From the human T2T-CHM13v2.0 reference genome, Homo sapiens, in assembly GCF_009914755.1 (NCBI RefSeq), contig NC_060925.1: 64,000 nucleotides of DNA. One strand, 5' to 3'. The notes under the pieces are model-generated. The model saw only the letters and a program-made list of their open reading frames with translations. It was not told the DNA's origin and did not search any database. Of the stretch, positions 14,410-29,830 are shown piece by piece (the first letter of the stretch is position 1; each line of letters starts with the position of its first letter). The position numbers and the translations under genes are program-made.

Positions 14410-14817
14410 GAGCACAAGACAGAGAGGGAGGGAGACAGAGAGTCAGAGAGACAGACAGAGACAGAGAGTCAGAGACAGAGAGAGAGTCAAAGAGTCAGAG
14501 ATAGAGAGTCAGAGAGACAGAGACAGAGAGACAGAGAGTCAGAGACAGAGAGAGAGTCAGAGACAGAGAGACAGAGAGTCAGAGATAGACACGGAGTCAG
14601 AGAGACAGAGAGTCAGAGAGACAGAGACAGAGAGTCAGGGGGACAGAGATAAGAGACAGAGGGTCAGAGAGACAGAGTCAGAGATAGAGACAGACAGAGA
14701 GACAGAGACAGAGAGACAGAGAGTCAGAGACAGAGAGACAGAGTCAGAGAGAGACAGAGAGACAGAGAGTCAGAGAGGCAGAGACAGAGAGAGACATAGA
14801 GACTGACAGACAGAAGG
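14410..14817. repeat. Complex (GAGACA)/(GAGAGTCA) simple repeat
   Basis: About 400 nt of agagacagagagtc-type units. Confidence 0.93.
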
Positions 14818-16335
14818 AGCATGAGGGCCCAGTGACGGGGACCGGGAGAGACAGGCTGACAGCACAGAGAGATTCACATAAAAGGCAGAACTACAGAACT
14901 GGGGACAAGGGGTGGGTGGGTTCGTCCTGCTGTTCTGCCGTTCAGCCCCCACCCCCTACCTCCACTCCTGCCCTTGGTCCCATGAGGCACCTTTAAAACT
15001 GCCTAATAAATTCTCCTTTTGCACAGGTGGGCACAGGTGGGTTTCTGTCCCTGGCAACCACAGGTATCTTGCTGTGAACCTGATTCCTTTGAGCCTGTAT
15101 GGGGCACGCAGCACAGCCCCTGCTCCTGGGACCCCTCCTGTCCTCTTGTCCCGAGCTCCTCTCTCCACCACCTCTCACACTCTCTCTGTCACCCCCACCC
15201 CAGCTCAGCCTCTCCTCCGCTACCCTGGTATTTCTTGGGTTCGCACGACGCCTTTATTCTTCTGACTTGAGCTAAGCAGATCCTGTCCGGCATGTGCTGA
15301 GCACCTGCACCATGCTGAATGCTGGGCCTGGGGTTTAATTCATTCCTTCCAGCACCTCTGTGATGCTGGCACCATTTCTGTCACTTACAGATTAGGAAAA
15401 CAGGCTCAGAAAAGTTAACTTGCCTGAGCTCATACAGCTGGCAAAAGGAGAAGCAGAGATTTGCTTCCTGTTCTCACTCTAACTCCAGAGCTTTTCTCTG
15501 CTGCACTCAAACCCCTTCCATAGATGGCACATTGTGTTGGACCCCACAGAGCCCCTTTCTTAGGAGAGTGTTGGGTGACCTTCCATCTGAGTGGCCTCAG
15601 CCCTGGGTGAAGTGGTCAAGCAGATGCATTTGTCCAGATGAGCAGTTTAGGCAGCCACAGGACCTTTCCAGGGTCACCCAACAGCTGCCCCCATCCAAGG
15701 GCCATGGCTCTCACACTTCATGGAGGTAGGGAGGCTTTGGCATGATGGCAGTGGTGGTAGCAAGTTAGGGGCAGAATAACCCTTGAAAATGCCCGCAAGA
15801 CTCAAGACTCCTCACCCCGCCCCTCTCTCCAGGTGGCCTCTGGTGGGGAGGCTCCATTTCTGGAGCCTTTTTGGTGTTGGCCAAGATCCATGCCAAGGAG
15901 GTTAGTAATGGGCAGGACAGGGGAATATAGGTGCCACTCCTCCCCCAGGCATGCCCCTTCTCCTAGATCAAGAGCTAGTGTCCTTCTGGGGTTCCTGGGT
16001 CCTAGTTCTTAGCTCTGCAGTTCCAACCTTCTTTATTTCTAATCTTTCCAAATTCCGAACCAGGAGCTGCACCTTCCACTGCCTTTGGGGCCCAGACAGC
16101 TGCAGCAAATGGGCAAAGTGGGCTGGGTGTGGTACAATAGGGAGTGGTGAGGACTGTGGTAAGCTGGAGGTGGATGCCTGTCTCCAGGGGATAGCTGCTA
16201 CTCAGGACAGCCCACTGATACCCTGTGGGACTGTGGCCCAGCATGGCTTCAGGTCCCTGTTGTTCAAGAGAAATTATAAATCTAGGTTTATACACATCTA
16301 TTTTTTGTTGTTTTTTAAATGGCTCGCAGGCCAAC

Positions 16336-16718
<383 letters not shown>

Positions 16719-18954
16719 TAATCATTGTTCTAAATGCCCCGAGTTCTAAGTGCTCCAGAACTCTCCGGAATGCTAAACTCTCCCTGCTGCACATCACCAT
16801 TGAGGATGGATGGATCCCATTTGCTGGGCTAAAACTGTTTCCAAACCACTGCCTTCGACAGAAGGGGTAGTAATTACACTCTGACATTAATATTTAAACT
16901 ACAAACGAGTTAGCGTGCTAATACTGGCCCCGAAGGCTTCGGACTCGGTTGGGTTTTATCCTTGTGAGACCTAATTATTGTCAGCAATGAATCCTGTAAG
17001 ACTGCAGGATTAAGGCCAGGGAGGAGGAGGTAGGCAGATCCCTGGGGCCAGTGGCATATGGGGCCTGGACACAGGGCGGCCTGAGGGCTGGGGGCCACGC
17101 CCCCTGGTCAACTTGGGCCATCTGAGAGGCCACAGAGACAGCCAATGGTTTGCTGTGCCTCCCAACCGTCCCCAGAATTAGGGATTTTGCTCCTAAGACG
17201 TGCCCCATGAGGACTGAGGCATCCATGCCTCATCGGCAGGAAATTCACAACAGTCTCTGATCTTTGATCCCTTGACCCAACCTCATGAGAGATCCTCCCA
17301 ATTCAGGAGAGATCTCAAGAGGGAAATTGGCAGTCTGTGCTTCTGTGCTTGTCCTGGAAAACAAAAAGGGTTGTGTTGGGGTTGTGGGGTGGAGCAAAAA
17401 GGGCTGGTGTGTGGTGTGCAGAGGGGACTGAAGCGGGCTTCTCAGAGACTAGTTCTAGAAGCTTCCCCAGCTTCTGCTGGATTACGTAATCGGTGGATTA
17501 CGTTGGACTGACGAGGCTTCTGCCTTGCTCACTGTGATTGTGCCCGGCCCCACAGCTGAGGCTCACAGCTGTGTGGCTGTGATAAGCAAGGAGACCCACG
17601 AAAAACCATCCAGAAACTTCCATCCCCATCTGCAGTTGGGTTTGGCCTTGAGAAAGTGGTCTGGGTGGGGGGGAAGGAAAAACTAAATAACCCTAGAAGC
17701 AGAATTCAGGTTTCTGGTTTTCGCTCCCTTGTAGAAAAGGGGCTGGGAGCTGAGGTTTAGAGCCAGGGAGGCCTGGGTTCAAATCCCACCTCTGCCCTTT
17801 ATCACCCGTGTGGCCTTGGTGAGTCAGCCTTGCCAGACGTCGTTTCTTCCTCTGTAAAAGGGGATCATTTCGGGGGTGCAGGGCTTGAGGGAGGCTGAAG
17901 CGAGAACATGTAAATATAGAGTCTGGCACACCGCGAGAGCTCGGCAGGTGGTGGCTGCTAAGTTTATTTCATTGCCAGTTGGCTCTCCGAGGGGCTCACA
18001 GTCTGCCGAGGACATCTGCCTGGGAGCAGAGCAGGTGGACGGGGCCCATCCCCATCACAGCACAGAGCCCTATCAGCCACCCTGTCCCAGGTCTCAACCC
18101 ACAATGTCCTGACCGTCTCCGCAGGACTCTCCCTCCCTAGGCCTTACTTCCAGACCTGCAATGCCCGCCGCTCCCGCCTTGCCTTGGAGAATGGCAGGCT
18201 GTGAATTTTCTCAGTTTATCTCAGGGAAAGAAAGGCCCAAGATAAATACCCTTGGACGAATCCGCTAGAGGAACGAATGAGGCCATAACTCAGCCAGGGC
18301 CTCCGTGGCAGATGGAGGATCCCTGGGCTGCAGGCCTGCGGTGTTGGGGTGGCTGGGGGGCTGAGAAACCTGAGGGCTAACGGGTGAGGGGCCTGAGCCT
18401 CTTCCCAGCCTGGTCTTCTAGCTTGGGGACCAGAGTCAGAGAGCTTTCAAGGATCCATGTCACTGAGGACAGCAGATGCGGTGTCACCTGCTTGCTCCCC
18501 TCAAACCCAGGGAGAAGCTGGGGGAAGCGAAGCCTGGCTCAGCTCCTTAGTCCCTCTGCCCTCTCCCCAAAGCTGTTACCTGCCCCCAAAGCACCACGGG
18601 GGAGGTGTGCGTCCGCAGCAACCTCATTGGAGGGTGATTCGATGTACCTCTTGGGACTAAAAAGGCACACACTCCCTTTGATCCAGCACGTCCTCTCCAA
18701 GAAGCCCGCCCTGCAGAGACCCTCACCCGTGCTCAGAGAGCCACGTGCCTGAGCATAGCAGCTCTCACAAGAGCAGGGGGACTGGAGATGACATGATGCC
18801 CGTGGACAGGGACTGTCACGCCGCAGGGAAATGAGGTTGAAGGAGTGAGGCGGCCTCACTTGTGCAGGAGGGAAGAATCACCCTGATCCTCTGCGACGGG
18901 AAAGAGACAAGGGGGACTGAAGGGCACACGGGGACCCGGGCAGAGTGGAGGCAG

Positions 18955-19245
18955 TATTGCAGAAGGACAGATACTGTCTGATTCCATTCTTATGAGGTCC
19001 CTAGAGGAGTCAAGTTCACAGAGACAGACAGAGACAGTGGGTGCCAGGGGCTGGGAGAGAGAATAGAGAGTGAGTGTTCAATGGGGAGAGGGTTTCAGTT
19101 TGGAAAGATGAGAAAATTCTGGTGGTGGATGACAGCGAAGGTTGCCCGATGGTGTGAATGTTCTCGATGCCACTGAACTGTATGCTTAAAAATGGTTAAA
19201 GCAGTAAATTTTATGTTACATCTAATTTACCACAGTAAAAAGAAG
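18955..19245 (+). mobile_element. L1M (L1MB-like) 3' end
   Basis: Motifs gggtttcagtttggaaagatgagaaaattctgg, gccactgaactgtatgcttaaaaatggttaaa, aaattttatgttac followed by an A-rich end. Confidence 0.88.
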
Positions 19246-19965
19246 AAGGAGACAGGGACAGGGTTCGCGGGAAGATCACTTATCTGCTTTCTTTTACACT
19301 GCTTGAGTTTTAAAAAATCATATACATCTATTACAAAGGGCATAGTTACATCACGGAGACCCCTCTTCTGCCCCCACACACCTCACCCAGGTTTGGGGTG
19401 CTGGAAGATGCAGACAGGTCAGTGTTCCAGGGGTGGGTTTGGCATGGCGCTGCTGTTTCCGGGTCTCAAGACATTTGCTGTGTGAGTCGAGGGAGAGCTA
19501 CGGTGTCTCTGGTCTTCTCTGGGTTTCAGTCAACATCCCATCCATGCAGAGAGGAGGCTGTATCCAGTCCTGCCCTCACTGGCCTCTGGCTTTCAGACCT
19601 CAGTTAGGGGCCTCCAGGGCACAGCTGAGCAGGCCAAGTATCTAAGGACAGCAGCTTGGCTGGGCACAGTACCCTCAGCAGGGCTGGGTGAGCTACCTCT
19701 GCATTTCAGGTGGGCAGCAGCCCTCGGGCGGCTGCTTTAATGAGGAGCGGGGACAGCCAGAGCCATCTGGTGCAGCCTCTGCCAGTGCCTGCTCCCGGCA
19801 AGCTGGCCGCTCCTGCCCTCTGAGCACGCCCCAGCTCCTGCCACCCTCACCTGCCCCCATCCCCTACATCAGAGGCTGTGCTGGAAGTGAGTCTCTCTGC
19901 TTTCCAAAGTGGCAACTTTCACTGTTAGCCTCGCGGGGGCTCCTCAGGGCTGGTCAAGGCTATTA

Positions 19966-20634
<669 letters not shown>

Positions 20635-23600
20635 GACTCATCACCAGGTGAGAGAAGAAGGCCGGGAGTTGTAGGTGCTGTGAGAAAGGCCCCCCTAGGT
20701 GATGGGGAGCCAGCTCTGGAGCCAGGTGGGCCTGGGTGCAAATCCCCAGCTCTGCCTCACAGGGAGGCTCTTCTCTGAGCCTCAATTTCCTTCTCTGCAA
20801 ACTGGCAGCAAAGTCACATCTACCAGTTCAGCGGTGTGAGAATGAAAGGACATGATTGTCCAAAACACCTGGCACCGTGCCTGTTCACCCTTCGGCCTGT
20901 GCGTGCTTGGGGAGGGGAGCTGTTATTACTACTGCTGTTGTTAACCTTGACAATGGGTGTTTCCATCTTGAACACCTGGAAGATTGTTTTTGGGAGGCGC
21001 ATTTGGAGAAAAAGGGAGCACAGAAGCGAAGAGTTGGCTGTACTGGGGCTGGGGCTGGGCAGGGGTAACTGTAGAGCAGAAGCAGGCTGGGAGGAGGATG
21101 ATGAATTTGGCTCTGGACTCAAGAGCAGGAGCTAAAAAAATGGGACACAGGAACCCCACCCTCCTGGAGTGCCCACCGTTGGTCTTCCCAGCTGCCCCCC
21201 TCCCCCAACCCTGCCATCACCTCGCCCCGATTTGCTCCCTTCCTTCCTGGGACTCATTCATTCCTAGGGCACCTGCTCAGCATTCCCTGGGAAGGGTTTA
21301 AATTGGAGCAAGAATTAATTGCAAGGGAGAAATGCTGCCCCATGGGCTCAGGGAGGAGCTGGCTTCGGGACAAGCTGATGGCTGAGTGTGGACACTGTGC
21401 TTGGGATTCACCAAGCACCTGGCTGCCTTTCACCTCCACATGTTCCAACTCAATTGCAACAGAGAGAAAATCGAGGCCCAGAAAGACAGGGGACCTGGCT
21501 CGACGGGGAATGAAGAACCACAGTCAGCCCAAGCCCCATGAGCAAAGCAAGTGCATCGTGGGCTGACGGAGGAGAAGCGAGCCCTATCCAGGTGGCTCAA
21601 ACCGTGAGTCCTGAGCACCTCTTGTCATTTCTCTGCAACGATGAGATTTTCAGTGATTGGGACATGTGTCTTGGGTGCTGCTGACCAAATCCTCATGAAA
21701 AAGGGAAGGGTTACACGGTGAACTCCACTAACATCTCAGACTCTGTATTGAATGAACTCATGAATTAAACTGAATCCCAGAAAATGGTTGAGGGCTCGGG
21801 TGCAAAATGTCACACTGGTAGGTGTGACATTGCCTGCAAATCTGAGCATAGCTGACGCTTGCTGAGCGCTTGCTGCGTGCCTGGCCCCTGCGGGACTTGA
21901 TGCGGAGGAATTATCCTCCCTGAACATGAAGGCATCACAGGCTCAGGCAAGCAATGGGCAAGCCTGAGTTCCAGTCTCCGCTCTGTCACCTGTAGCAAGG
22001 CCCAGGACAGGTCATTCTGCAGGGAGTTGGTGGCCTCATCATCACCAGCCTCATTTCCAGCCAGGGAAACTGAGGCTCTGAGGAGCTGATGGCTTGTCCA
22101 AAGGGCCACATCAGTGGGAAAGCTGGAACTTGAACCCTGGTTCATCTGACTCCAGAGGCTGAAGACAGCTGGTGATGTCTTTGGCAGAATACAAAGGGTA
22201 GGGTGGTCCCTGAGCCAGAGCCAAATTCATCACTGTATCCCCAACCTGCCCCTGCTCCACCGTCGCCTCTGCCCCAGCCCAGCCCCCAGCCAGCCTCTGT
22301 ACTTCCCCTGATGTGGAACAAGCTTTGATCTGGGAGACTGCCAGTCACCCCAGGCTCCAGTTCAGGCTGCAACCATGACATTGTGCAAGCTGCTCCCCTT
22401 TTATGGCCTCAGTCTTCTCATCTGGGAAGTGGGGATCTGCCCTCTACTCAAGTGGGATGATAGCAGTGAGCACTATGGAAGGAAAATGACTGAAAGACAC
22501 CACCAGCCACTGTCAATGGCTGAGAGACTCAAAGCCAAGGCTGTGGGTGATGGGAGGGGAGAGGGACCCACGGATATTCCTCCGCCTTACAAGTAGCTCT
22601 CAGCTCTGCACACAAGGAGGGGAGCTGGGATGCAGACCATGCCTGGACAGCCCATCATTTCAGCTGAGCCTTAGGATGCATTCTGCTGTCATTTTTAACA
22701 CCGGAGTTACTCCAAATGCTACAGGCTCAGGAGCCTGCCTTCCATGAACCAGTCATGGGAGAAATTGGAACAGGAACAGGCTAGGGAGGTCAATGCAGGC
22801 CCACCTGGTGTACCGGGGAGGGGCTCAGTGGACCTAAAGGGAGGAATATGGGGCTCAGCTCCCGTTCGGCCTCAAATTTCACTGGGCAAGTCCCTTCCCC
22901 TCTCTGCTGTCCTGGGTCTATGCCAAGGGCTCTCTCTGTCTGCTCTGTCCAGCCTGGGCACGTACCCTGACCGAGCCTGCGTACAGCAGGCTCCATGCCG
23001 CCTAGCTCACGGCTGCAACCCCTATACCTGGTGCTCCGTAAAGTCCCATCCTCTCTTTGCCTCTTGTCTTCCCCCTCTCCTCCCCACTTCCCCGTCCCAT
23101 CACGCGCTTCCCACCTGGCCCAGGGCTCATCTGCACCTTCGTGTGGTCCCAGCAGAGAAGACGAGGCACCGTGCTTCTCAGGACTCCATCCTCGGCAGGC
23201 TGAGCCGTGCAGCTGGATGGTGACAGCAGGAGGACCAGACGACCTTACCCAGAGCCTCGCAGGCTGCAGAGCTTTAATTTATTTAATCAATTCTGGTCCC
23301 CAGGCTGGGGAAGGAAAACGGCAGGATATTAAATCTGTCGCTCTCACCAATCTGTCATAGGGTTGTCAGCGCACATTGATTCTCCTCCTCCCGCCTTTAT
23401 TAACTATCTCCTCCGGGAGCTGCCGGCTCCGCCAGTCCCAGCCTGGACCCTGCCCTCGAGCAGGAAGCAGATTGCAGGTGGAAAGAAGAGGAGGGGAGTT
23501 GGGGGTGGGGCATGAAGCCCTTATGAGGGACAATTATAAGAAGAAAACGTTTAGAGTTGGGAGGCAGGGACCCTGAAGAGCATTTGTAATCCAAACTCTT

Positions 23601-23784
23601 TAGTTTCCAGATGGGGAAACTGAGTCCAGAGAGCAGAGGGGATGCCTCAGTAGCACAGCCTGTTGGGAACAAGGTTGAAACTAGACTCCAAGACTCCTGA
23701 TGCCCAGGCCAGTTATTTTTATCCATGTAATCAACATGTTTTCCTTGAGTGACTATTTAGAGGCGATAGTGGTGATTGTCCATC

Positions 23785-24270
23785 GTCTTACCATTGCTCT
23801 AACAATGACCACAAGCTTGGTGTTTTAAAACAACACACATTTACTACCCTACAGTTCTGGGGGTGAGAAGTGTGAAATGGGTCTCACTCCAACTGAAGTC
23901 AAGGTGTGAGCAGGGCCGTGTTCCTTCCTGCAGGCTCCAGGGGACAATTGATCTCTGTGCCTTTCCCAGTCTCTAGAGGCTGCCACATTCTTCAGCCACA
24001 GTCCCCTTCCATGTTCAAAGCCAGCAACACCAGTCGGGTTGCTCACACCACATCATTCTGACACGGACTCTCCTGCCTCCCTCTTCCACTTACATTCCCC
24101 TTGTGATGACACTAGGCCACCCAGATAATCTCTCCATTTCAAGGCCGGTCACTGGATCAGCAACCTTCATTCCATCCACAACCTGGATCCCCCCCTTCCC
24201 ACGCAAGGCGCCATATTCACAGGTTCTGGAGGTTTGAACATGGACGTCTTTGGGGGGCCGTTATTCTGCT
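23785..24270 (-). mobile_element. MLT1 solo LTR
   Basis: acagttctggggg, tcaaggtgtgagcagggccgtgttccttc, atattcacaggttctgg...tggacgtctttggggggccgttattctg. Confidence 0.85.
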
Positions 24271-26914
24271 GGCCCCGGGAGCATTCCCATGGATCATGCA
24301 CGGGAGCAGGCATCTCACTTCCCACTCACAACAACTCAAGGAAATCAGTACTAGCTTACTCCATTACATAGAGGGGGAAACTGAGGCCCAGGGAGGTCTA
24401 GGCTTGCTGAAGCCAGTGGTGGAGCTTGGAGTCAGACTCAGGCCCAGTTCAGCTCAGAGACCAAGCTCCTCTGCTCGGCTGCACCGGGCGGAGGTGGGGC
24501 AGGGGTGTCCCCATGTGCAGCCATCGGGGAGGGGCAGCCCGAATCACCTGCTGTGGATCCAGGGAAGACGGATGACAGCTTGCAAGAGGTCTGTCCCCTG
24601 CCTCGCCCCAAGGAGCAAGGTGAAGGAGCCATGCTTTTATAAAGGGGGGAAATTGGACAGCCCGCAGAGGTGGGGAGATACTATCTGCTCTAAATAGTTG
24701 TGCACCCCACCCCGCCACCCTCTCCCTAGCCCATTTGCCCTCATACGATTTATTTGCTCATAGAATTGAAGGCCTTCTTTTCTGGCACCATTTTCTGTTC
24801 TGCTTAGACAAATATTTAGCAGCCAGGCCTGACCTTAATTTCCTTAAATATCAGGGGCCCTGGAAGCTGAAGAGCCTGCCCAGTGGGTGAGGACACGGTG
24901 CACCTGGGGTGCCGAGGATGGCTGGGACGCTGCTACCCTTCCCTTGGTGAGGCCTACCTCTCCCCAGGACCTACCAAGTAGCCCTGCAAACTGTCAGGTC
25001 TCCCCACTGTTGAGGGTGTAACAAGAGGTAGGGTGCAGATGGCAGGATTCCAGTGACTCAGTGCCCAACGGAGCTGCATGCTGGCCAGGGCCTCTCTGCT
25101 GGGGGTGATGGGCTGAGCAGTGATGGAGCCTCCCCCCGTCTCCCAGGGCTCCCTCCCTTGTAGGGTGTGGACTGGGCTGCATATGGAGGGAAGGCAGAGG
25201 CAGGAGTGGCGGGGATGCCGGTCATGTGGGGGCTGCCGGGGCTGCTGACTCTGTCATTGGCTCTGTCTCCCACGTGGTCATTCGTGAACTCATTTCATTC
25301 ATTGCTTCATTGAGAAACATTCAGTCTCGTGCTAGCCTAGGGATCGGAAATAAAGTCCACAGCTGCCTTGCAGGAGCTGTGTCCTGGAAATTGGCCAGCG
25401 AGAGGAGGGGCATAGAGTCTTGGGCAAAGGCTGGGGTAGAGGAGATAGAGATCGGGACTGTCCTCATAAAAGAGTGACCAAGATGAGTTTTGGAGCATGA
25501 GTGAAACAAGCTCCCTGCAAAAGACTGGCTATCTGGAGGAAGCAGGACAGGCCATCCTAGGGGTGCTGCTGGGAAGAGGAATGGTTGGTGTCTTCAGGAG
25601 GCAGGGACCCTTGGGTTCTATTCTCAGATCCTGCCTCTGAAGTCAGCTCCAAAGTTCTTGGCTCTCCTATCTGTCCCTTGCCCCTGCCTGTCCCTGCATT
25701 TTGTCCTCCCTGTTTGTGTAAGTGGGGCCACTGCCATTTTCCCAGCCACTCAATTGGAAACCACCATTTTCTCAGACTAATACCAGCTACTGCCCTCAAG
25801 GCTTTAAGAACATAACCTCATCTCATTCGCACCGCAGCCTAGGAAGTAGGCACGTGAGTTATCTCCATTTTGTGGAAACGGAGGTCTAGAGACATCATCA
25901 CTCCTCCAGGGTCACCCAGCCAGCATGTTGTAAAGCTGAGAGTTTGCAAAGAAGACAGGAACAGGGAGAAGACATTCCTGGCAGGGCACAGCCTGTGCGA
26001 AGTCCCAGAGGGGAGGGAGAGCATGGCACAGGACAGTGGGTGGTGGGTGCAGCTGGGTGTGCCAGCGAGAGTCGGGGGAGAGGTGTGGTTGTGATTGGAT
26101 CTCAAGTGTTTTAGAAGTGGCAACATTTCCTGGGTGTTAGGTTCCAAACCACCTTCACATCTGTCATCTTATTTGATCCTGTTCAGTTGCTGTTGCAGTA
26201 AGCAGCTCAGAGAGGTGAAGAGGTACCCGAGGATGCATAGCTAGGAAGTGGCAGAGCTGGGCCCCAGCCCTGCTGTCATGTCCCCAGCACCTTTGGGGGA
26301 TGGCCAAGACCACCAGGGCACTCTCTAGGGAACAGGGTTGGACCAGGACCCCTTTGATGGGGAAGGGATGGAAGAAGGGAGAGTGGGGGCCAGGGCTCCT
26401 GTCTTGTTTTGCCCCAAGATGCAGAGACTGGAGCCGCCACACTCAGCCCTCAACACTGTGACCTTGGACTTGTCCTCCCGTCCTCTGGGCCTCTGTCTCC
26501 CTGTCTGTAAAATGACAATCTCCTACTCACACTCCAAATCTCTGTTACGGCAGCATCTCCTCCAGGAAGACCCCCTAGCCTCTGCCTCCGCATCACCTCC
26601 TCCAGGAAGCCACCATGGCCTCTCCAACCGCATCGCATGCCTTTACTAAATGCTCTTAGTGCTCCGGACTGCCATACTCTATATCCCTCACCTCACAGCG
26701 TGACTCTGTGTAATATCTTCCTAGGTCTGGATCTCGATTTGGGACCTGCCCACATTTTAGCTACTTGTCTCTGAGCCTCAATTTTCTCATCAATAAAATG
26801 GGGAAGTAACAGTGCCTACCTCATATTTCTGTTATGACGATCCAATCAGAGAGCTCATGAATAGCAGAGTGCTGGGCAGCAAATAAGCCGTCAGGAAATG
26901 TTAATAGTTTCTTA

Positions 26915-27577
<663 letters not shown>

Positions 27578-28431
27578 GTTATTTCAACGCAGCAAAGCTA
27601 GCGCGGTTCTGGGTATACAGTGGTGCCCAATAAGCTCCACTCCCTCATTGCTGACCCTCTGCCTTCACTATCCTCCACCCCCACTCCCCTCCCCACTGGC
27701 TTCTCAGGCCAGGTCAGTCTGGGCTGGGGGGCACCTGCTGGGCCAGGCAGGCAGAGCAATTCCTGTGCCCTGGCTGAGGCCTGCGGCACCTCATTACCAG
27801 GCAGAATGTACCTCGATTTCACCCATGACTGGCACTGAAAAGCAGCCCTGGCTGGTGTCATGGATGGGCCAGAAGCTGCTCCGGGCGCCTCCTGCCCCCT
27901 CCTGGGCCTGGCAAATCTCTGAAGCACCCAGAAGCTGGCAGGCAGCACGCTCCACAGCTGAGCCACACAGATAAACCTCAACAGGCGCTGGGCTGTTCGG
28001 TCCTGGAGCAAACATCAGGAAATTAATAGGCCTTTCTGTGGGCAGCGCCTGGCCTGGCCCCCACTTCCCCCTCACTCCCGCCTGCCCCCCTCCCCTCATC
28101 CCAGGCTTTGTTTCCTTTTTCCCTTTGTTTCCTGTTTGCGATAAACATGATTCATGCCAGTCCAGCCGGGCCCCGTCACCAGCTCAAGGCCAGCCGTATT
28201 TCTCAGCAATGAGCCCCGAGCTGGCTGCAGTGAGGATCTGGGCCATGGACACAGGCGTGAGGAAGGGGCACTGTGGGCAGAGACAGGGCTGATGTGGGGG
28301 CGCCAGCAGGGAGCAGGGTGCTGGGTCTCTGTGAAGTGCCGCTGAGCACTGGGCACTGAGGGGAACTCAGAGAAGCCACCATGGCCAGACCCTCCCTATC
28401 TGGGCACAGCTGTGCCCACCCTTCCTACATG

Positions 28432-28872
28432 GACATAGCTTCCTGAGGCTGCTGTAACAAAGTGTCACACACCAGGCGGCTTAGAGCAACAGATATGTAT
28501 TCTCTCGCAGGTCCGGAAGCCAAAAGTCCAAGCTCAAGGTGTCAGCAGGGCCATTCTGTCTCTGAAGGCCCAAGGGAAAGCTCCCTCTGGCCTCTTCCAG
28601 CTCCTGGTGGCAGCGGCCACCCTTGGCATTCCATGCCTGTGTGGCTCCAGCCTCCGCCTCTGTCTTCACACAGCCTTCTCTTCCCTGCGTCCCTCCCCTT
28701 CTTGTAAGGACACCAGTCATATTAGGACCTAATCTTAACCAATGTTAAGTAAGACCTAATCTTAACTAATGACATCTGCAACGATCCCATTTCCAAATAA
28801 AGGTCACATTCACAGGTACTGGGGGTCAGGAGTTCAATACATTTCTTTTTGGGGACAGAATGCAATGCATCC
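28432..28872 (-). mobile_element. MLT1 solo LTR
   Basis: ggctgctgtaacaaagt, tcaaggtgtcagcagggcc, tttccaaataaaggtcacattcacaggtactggggg. Confidence 0.88.
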
Positions 28873-29079
28873 CAGCTGCTGAGGCTCCTGGTGGCATCTC
28901 TCATCACCGCCTGTCACACCTCAGCCATCCAGCCATCCTGGGCACCTGCAGCTTCCTAGTTGTGACTGGCTCTTCCTGGTCTCTGGGCCTCCGTCTGTGC
29001 TGTCATCCTCCCTGGATGCCTGACCCTACCATTGTCCAGTTGGTATACGACCCCTCATCTATCAAGATTAAGCTTTGCT

Positions 29080-29381
<302 letters not shown>

Positions 29382-29619
29382 TTAAGCTTTGCCGTCTCTC
29401 CTGGGAGCCGTCACTGACCCCTGGCCTCCAGGCCCCTAAATGCCCGGTGCTCACCTGCACTGCAGCTCACACCTGCACAAGGGTCTTTACCCATTTCCCA
29501 TGCCTCCCCAGGCCCTGAGCACACGAGCTCCAGGCAGGCAGGGTCCATGGCTCCCCTCTGCCTCCCCAGCATGGGATGCACATACTTGCCCAGTAAACGA
29601 ATTCTCGGATGAAGAATAA

Positions 29620-29830
29620 TTGAGCACTTCCTGTGTCCCCATGCCAGCCACTGTTCTAAACCCTTTACCTGCCTTAACTCATTTAATCCCAATATTAATC
29701 CTATCAAGTGGGTGCCATTGTTAATTCCATTTTACAGATGAACAAACCAAGCTCGGAGTGGTTAAGCAACTTGTCCAAGGTCTAGTGATTGATAAACTGT
29801 AGAGGCTGTGATTTGAATCTGGCAGCGTGA
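29620..29830 (-). mobile_element. MIR (representative; similar fragments near 7.7, 9.8, 12.4, 15.4, 17.8, 20.8, 22.0, 25.9, 26.8, 39.4, 39.8, 40.4, 41.4, 44.6, 45.2, 50.5, 52.4, 53.1, 54.7 and 63.1 kb)
   Basis: MIR core ccattttacagatga...ggttaagcaacttgtccaaggtc and its complement cctcagtttcctcatctgtaaaatgg. Confidence 0.8.

Noticed and set aside
14267-14806. 179-aa R/E/D/S-rich ORF
   Set aside because: Translation of a simple repeat.
28301-28316. CTCF-like cgccagcagggagcag
   Set aside because: Mismatch in the core; such matches are frequent in GC-rich DNA.
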